A stretch of DNA of 64,000 nucleotides from an uncultured Acidobacteriota bacterium (GTDB lineage Bacteria; Acidobacteriota; Vicinamibacteria; Vicinamibacterales; SCN-69-37), in assembly GCA_963764505.1 (NCBI GenBank), contig CAVXSP010000001.1:2036614-2100613 (forward strand), in the 5' to 3' direction. Of the stretch, positions 59,983 to 64,000 are shown in pieces; position 1 is the first letter of the stretch; the number at the start of each line of letters is the position of its first letter. The position numbers were made by a program, and so were the translations under genes. The notes under the pieces were generated by a model. That model searched no databases. It had not been told where the DNA came from and saw only the letters and a program-made list of their open reading frames with translations.

Positions 59983-60759
59983 ATGGCCGAACCTCGACGT
60001 CTCGAATCCTCGTCCTCAACGGACCGGGCGGATCGAGCCAGTCAGGCCGACGCCTTGCTCGTGCACGGACTGGACCGGTACTTCGCGGGCCAGTTCGACG
60101 AAGCCATTCACATCTGGACGCGCGTGCTGTTCCTCGACCGATCGCATGCGCGGGCGCGAGCCTATATCGATCGGGCGCGCAGCGCGCTGGCCGAGCGGCA
60201 GCGCCAGTCCGAGGAGATGCTCCAGGCGAGTCAGCAGCTCCTCGACCGCGGCCATACCGACGCGGCGCGCGATCTGCTGACCGAGGCCGTCGCCTCGAGC
60301 GGCGATGACGAGCATGCGTCGGCGCTGCGGCTGAGGCTCGAGCGCGTCGAGCGGGCGCGCCGCGAGGCAGGCGCCGGCGGACTGACGATCAGCGCAGCGC
60401 CCCAGGTGTTGCCGGCGTGGGCGTGGCCGCGCCGTTCCAGGCACACCGGCGCCCTGCTGGTGATGGTGACGCTGCTGGCGTTCGTGATCGCCTGGGGCGG
60501 TCTCCGCGGCTGGTCGGGCGCCGCGCCCGGCGCCGATCGGCTGCCATCGCCGCTGACGCCCGAGCCGCTGCAGGTGCTGTCCAGTTCGGAGGTCGCCCTC
60601 ATCCGAGCGCGGACGCTCTACGGCCGGGGACGGCTGGCGCAGGCGCTCCAGGCGCTCGACCGTGTAGACGATGGAAGTCCCGTGCGTGGGGCCGCCGACG
60701 CGCTGCGGATCGAGATCCAACGCCTGCTGCTCGCGGGGCGAAGCCCCCGGAGTGAGTAA
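59983..60759 (+). CDS. Hypothetical membrane protein with TPR-like N-terminal region
   Basis: Intact 258-aa ORF. It has a TPR-like segment (LLVHGLDRYFAGQFDEAIHIWTRVLFLDRSHARARAYIDRA) and one TM helix (GALLVMVTLLAFVIAWGGL). Confidence 0.6.
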   Translation: MAEPRRLESSSSTDRADRASQADALLVHGLDRYFAGQFDEAIHIWTRVLFLDRSHARARAYIDRARSALAERQRQSEEMLQASQQLLDRGHTDAARDLLTEAVASSGDDEHASALRLRLERVERARREAGAGGLTISAAPQVLPAWAWPRRSRHTGALLVMVTLLAFVIAWGGLRGWSGAAPGADRLPSPLTPEPLQVLSSSEVALIRARTLYGRGRLAQALQALDRVDDGSPVRGAADALRIEIQRLLLAGRSPRSE

Positions 60760-61889
60760 TGCGATGTCCCAAGTGTCACTATCTGAGCTTTGAGCCGGAA
60801 GCTCGCTGCCGCAACTGCGGCTACGACCTGACGTTCGAACCGGGCGATCTCATCGTCGAGACGACGGACCCGACGCACGAACCCGCGGCGGAGCTGGACC
60901 TGCGGCTGGCGGCGTGGGATGAGCCGGCGACGCCGAACAGGCCGTTCTCGGCGGCGCGGTCCGAACGATCGTCCGCGGACTCCGTGGGCGTCGGATCGGA
61001 GCTGCCCCTGTTCGTGCGGGGCGTGCCCGGACCCGTCGACGAATATGCCGGCGAGCTTCGGCGCGTGGACGCACAGGACGCGGGAAGAAGCGGCGCCGGG
61101 GCGCATTCGCTGACGATGGCGCCTGCCGGGGAGGGAGGCACGGCCGATGCCGCCCTGCCGGGCGATCGGACCGCAGAGGGGAAGGCCGCCGTCGCGGAGG
61201 CGATCGAATCGGGCACCGCGCGGAGCCTCACGGAACTGGAGGCGCCGGCGCTGCCGCGCGCACCTCGTCCGCTCTCGGTCAGGCGGCCGACGCCCGCGCC
61301 GGGTCGCGTGCGCGAGAAGTACCACCAGGCCGCATCCGGGAGCCGGCGCCAGATCGGGCTCCTCGAACGCGATCTGCTGGAAGGTCTCGAGGAGGCCGCG
61401 CCGCCGGCGCCCGAGGCGTCGCGGAAGGCCGAGCGTTCCGAGGGCGCTGGGGGCGAGATCGCGTCGGCGCCACCCGTCGGCGCCGGGCGCCGTGTCGAGG
61501 CCGCTGGTGTCGACGCCCTCCTCCTCGGCGCCATCAACGCGGCGATTGTCTGGCTCACGCTGCGGCTGTGCAACCTGGGCCTGGCGGAGGTCGGGCTGCT
61601 GCCGGTCGCGCCGCTCGCCGCGCTGTTCTTCCTGCTGGATGGGTTGTACCTGCTGATGTTCACGGCGGCGAACGGGCAGACGATCGGCAAGATGGCCGCC
61701 GGCATTCGGGTCGTTGCGGGCGCTGGCGAGACCGACGGAGATCGCATCTCGGTCAAGCAAGCCGTGCTGCGAGCGGTCTGGACGTTCCCTTCGGCCCTCG
61801 TGTTCGGCGCCGGATTCCTGCCGGCCCTCTTCGGCAGCGGTCTCGCCTGGCACGACCGCGTCGCCCGCACGCGCGTCGTCCGGACATGA
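60759..61889 (+). CDS. RDD-family membrane protein with N-terminal zinc ribbon
   Basis: Intact 376-aa ORF. MRCPKCHYLSFEPEARCRNCGY is followed by a low-complexity linker. The C-terminal RDD domain reads GVDALLLGAINAAIVWLTL...NGQTIGKMAAGIRVV...WHDRVARTRVV. Confidence 0.75.
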   Translation: MRCPKCHYLSFEPEARCRNCGYDLTFEPGDLIVETTDPTHEPAAELDLRLAAWDEPATPNRPFSAARSERSSADSVGVGSELPLFVRGVPGPVDEYAGELRRVDAQDAGRSGAGAHSLTMAPAGEGGTADAALPGDRTAEGKAAVAEAIESGTARSLTELEAPALPRAPRPLSVRRPTPAPGRVREKYHQAASGSRRQIGLLERDLLEGLEEAAPPAPEASRKAERSEGAGGEIASAPPVGAGRRVEAAGVDALLLGAINAAIVWLTLRLCNLGLAEVGLLPVAPLAALFFLLDGLYLLMFTAANGQTIGKMAAGIRVVAGAGETDGDRISVKQAVLRAVWTFPSALVFGAGFLPALFGSGLAWHDRVARTRVVRT

Positions 61890-62326
61890 AGCGAGTGGCG
61901 GTGCTGGTCGCCACCGCTGCGGGCGCGGGGCTCGTTCCCTATGCTCCCGGCACGATGGGATCGGTCGTCGGCGTGATCGTCTACCTCGCCCTCCGGGCGT
62001 GGCCGCTGCCCGCGCAGATCGGCGTCGTCGCCGGCCTGGCCGCGCTCGGACTCTGGGCGTCGGGTGTCGCGGCCGTGCACTTCGGGAGGGAGGACCCGTC
62101 GCAGGTCGTCATCGACGAAGTGGTCGGCCAGCTGATCACGCTCTTCGCGGCCGGCGCGAATGCGTGGAGCGTGGTGATCGGCTTCCTGCTGTTCCGGGCG
62201 CTCGACGTGCTGAAGCCATGGCCGGCGCGCAGCTTCGAGCGGCTGCCTGGCGGCTACGGCATCATGGCGGACGACGTCATGGCGGGCGTGTACGGGTATC
62301 TGCTGCTCCGGCTGGCGAGGATCTGA
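61886..62326 (+). CDS. pgpA: Phosphatidylglycerophosphatase A
   Basis: ATG 61886 overlaps the upstream stop (ATGA). The product reads MKRVAVLVATAAGAGLVPYAPGTMGSVVG...DPSQVVIDEVVGQLITL...FRALDVLKPWP...GGYGIMADDVMAGVYG. Confidence 0.85.
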   Translation: MKRVAVLVATAAGAGLVPYAPGTMGSVVGVIVYLALRAWPLPAQIGVVAGLAALGLWASGVAAVHFGREDPSQVVIDEVVGQLITLFAAGANAWSVVIGFLLFRALDVLKPWPARSFERLPGGYGIMADDVMAGVYGYLLLRLARI

Positions 62327-63594
62327 TCATTCGGACGCTCCTCCACACGGCCGAAATCATTGCTGTCGGGAGCGAACTGCTCACGCCGCACCGCACCGAT
62401 ACGAATTCGCTGTACCTCACCGCGCGCCTGAACGAGATCGGCATCGATGTCCGGACGAAGTCGATCGTGGGCGACGATGCCGGCGATCTGACGGCCTTGT
62501 TCGAACAGGCGATCTCGAGAGCGCACGTGGTCATTCTCACCGGCGGCCTCGGCCCGACGGCCGACGACGTCACGCGCGAAACCGTGGCGGCGGCCCTGGG
62601 CCTTGCGCTCGAGGAGGATCCCGAGCTGCTCGCCGGCCTGCGCCGGCGGTTCGAGGCGCGCGGCCTGTCGATGCCGGAGATCAACCGGCGCCAGGCGCTG
62701 GTCCCGCGCGGCGCGACGATCCTGCCGAATCCGAACGGCACCGCGCCCGGGCTCTGGATCGAAGCCCGCGGGCGGATCGTCGTGATGCTGCCCGGCCCTC
62801 CGCGCGAAGTGCACCCGATCGTGGAAAAGGACCTGCAGCCGCGCCTGGCTGCGCGCACGGCCGGCCGGCTGCTCAAGCGCCGGATCGTCAAGACGACGGG
62901 CCGCGCCGAATCGCTGGTGGACGAGACCGCGCAGCCGCTCTACGCGGAGATGACGTCGTGGGCGGTTCCCGTCGAGACGACGATCCTGGCGGCGCCGGGT
63001 CAGATCGAGCTGCATCTGTCGGCGCGCGGCGACGATTCCGGCCGGCTGGACGCCGCGCTGGAGCGCGCCGTCCAGATGCTCTCGGCGGCTCTCGGCGACA
63101 TCGTCTTCAGCACGGATGGCCGCAATCTGCCCGAGATCGTCGGCGGTCTGCTGCTCGAGCGCCGCTCACGGATCGCGGTCGCGGAATCCTGCACGGGCGG
63201 GCTCGTCCTGGGCCGGTTGACCGAGGTGCCCGGCAGCTCGCAGTGGGTGATTGGCGGCGTGACCGCGTACGACAACGACGTGAAGACCGAACAGCTCGGC
63301 GTGCCGGTCGAGATGATCGCCGCGGAGGGAGCCGTGAGCGAGCCGGTGGCGCTGGCCATGGCCGACGGCATACGGGTGCGGCTCCATGCGGACATCGGCG
63401 TCGGCGTGACGGGCGTCGCCGGGCCGTCGGGCGGAACCGCCAGCAAGCCCGTGGGGACGGTCGTCATCGCGGTGTGCACGTCCACATCGAGGGAGGCGCG
63501 GACGTTCCGCTTTCCGGGCGACCGACCGATGGTCCGCCTGTTCGCGACGCAGGCGGCGCTCGACCAGTTGCGCCGGAGGCTGGCCTCGCCGTGA
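62323..63594 (+). CDS. cinA: CinA family protein (MoCF-biosynthesis-like domain + nicotinamide-nucleotide amidase PncC domain)
   Basis: It lies in the frame of ORF 61714-63594 (AEIIAVGSELLTPHRTDTNSLYLTARLNEIGI...VILTGGLGPTADDVTRE...NPNGTAPG...IAVAESCTGGL...GVTGVAGPSGG). The start codon is unclear (CTG 62323, ATC or ATT 62329); there is no ATG or GTG. Confidence 0.8.
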   Translation: MIIRTLLHTAEIIAVGSELLTPHRTDTNSLYLTARLNEIGIDVRTKSIVGDDAGDLTALFEQAISRAHVVILTGGLGPTADDVTRETVAAALGLALEEDPELLAGLRRRFEARGLSMPEINRRQALVPRGATILPNPNGTAPGLWIEARGRIVVMLPGPPREVHPIVEKDLQPRLAARTAGRLLKRRIVKTTGRAESLVDETAQPLYAEMTSWAVPVETTILAAPGQIELHLSARGDDSGRLDAALERAVQMLSAALGDIVFSTDGRNLPEIVGGLLLERRSRIAVAESCTGGLVLGRLTEVPGSSQWVIGGVTAYDNDVKTEQLGVPVEMIAAEGAVSEPVALAMADGIRVRLHADIGVGVTGVAGPSGGTASKPVGTVVIAVCTSTSREARTFRFPGDRPMVRLFATQAALDQLRRRLASP

Positions 63595-64000
63595 GGCTCT
63601 TCCTGGCCGTCAAGCCGGATCGGCAGGCCGAGGCGCTGCTCGGCCGCCGGCTGCTGCAGGTGCAGGACGCTGTCGGCTCGTTGGCCGCGCACCTGCGATG
63701 GACGCCGGCGGAGAACATTCACATCACGCTGCACTTTCTCGGCGAGCTGGGCGAGAAGCCGGCCGCCGATCTGCGGGAACGCCTCGGCGTCGCGCTGCGC
63801 GTTCCGCCGTTCGCGGTCGCGATTGAAGGGCTCGGCAGCTTTCCGCCCACCGGCTCGCCGCGCCTCGTCTGGCTGGACGTCTCGGAAGGGCGCGAGGCGC
63901 TCGAACGCGTGCACGAGGAACTGGGCCGCCGGATCGCGCAGGCCGGGCTCTCGCTCGAGCCGCGTCCCCTCTCGCCGCACGTGACGATCGCGCGCGTTCC
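63591..64000 (+). CDS. thpR: RNA 2',3'-cyclic phosphodiesterase (ThpR/LigT, 2H family), 5' part; continues past the right edge
   Basis: Own translation from GTG 63591, which overlaps the cinA stop (GTGA): VRLFLAVKPDRQAEALLGRRLL...NIHITLHFLGE...LSPHVTIARV. Both HxT/S motifs of the 2H phosphoesterase fold are present. Confidence 0.75.
   Translation, partial: MRLFLAVKPDRQAEALLGRRLLQVQDAVGSLAAHLRWTPAENIHITLHFLGELGEKPAADLRERLGVALRVPPFAVAIEGLGSFPPTGSPRLVWLDVSEGREALERVHEELGRRIAQAGLSLEPRPLSPHVTIARV

Overview
High-GC (roughly 68-72%, with a lower-GC stretch at ~4.1-21.6 kb) bacterial chromosomal window. It is dominated by a very large cell-surface glycan / exopolysaccharide locus (1-~47.7 kb), followed by housekeeping genes (~49.9-64 kb). 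The glycan part has several modules. There is a Wzm/Wzt-type ABC exporter. There are at least 14 glycosyltransferase genes (GT2, GT4, WbsX-like, GT-C-like), plus methyltransferases, a pyruvyl transferase, a CE4 deacetylase and a radical SAM/SPASM enzyme. A Dlt-like carrier-protein acylation cassette is present (acyl-CoA dehydrogenase homolog, ACP, stand-alone adenylase, MBOAT-SGNH fusion). It is followed by a sulfotransferase, an AsnB-type amidotransferase, a PEP-CTERM sorting-signal protein and a PrsT-like TPR lipoprotein with sigma-54-like promoters. No exosortase gene lies in the window. The right part holds a metzincin protease, purC, nrdR, DUF4390-ntrY-ntrX, a formimidoyltransferase, pgpA, cinA and thpR. 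Three things stand out. (1) Several families of stop-free heptanucleotide tandem arrays (GCCAGAA, GCTACGG, CAATCGG/ATTACCG, AGTTNNN, CCCGGAA) sit exactly at gene junctions, sometimes as inverted array pairs. (2) Roughly 40 or more reading-frame breaks are confined almost entirely to the glycan genes (1-40 kb), while the genes at 40-64 kb are all intact. All four junctions I could resolve are +1 expansions of short G/C runs. (3) The carrier-protein/MBOAT cassette is embedded in the EPS locus. I recognised no rRNA, tRNA, CRISPR array, transposase or integrase. Many long ORFs in the track are antisense or off-frame artefacts of the high GC content.
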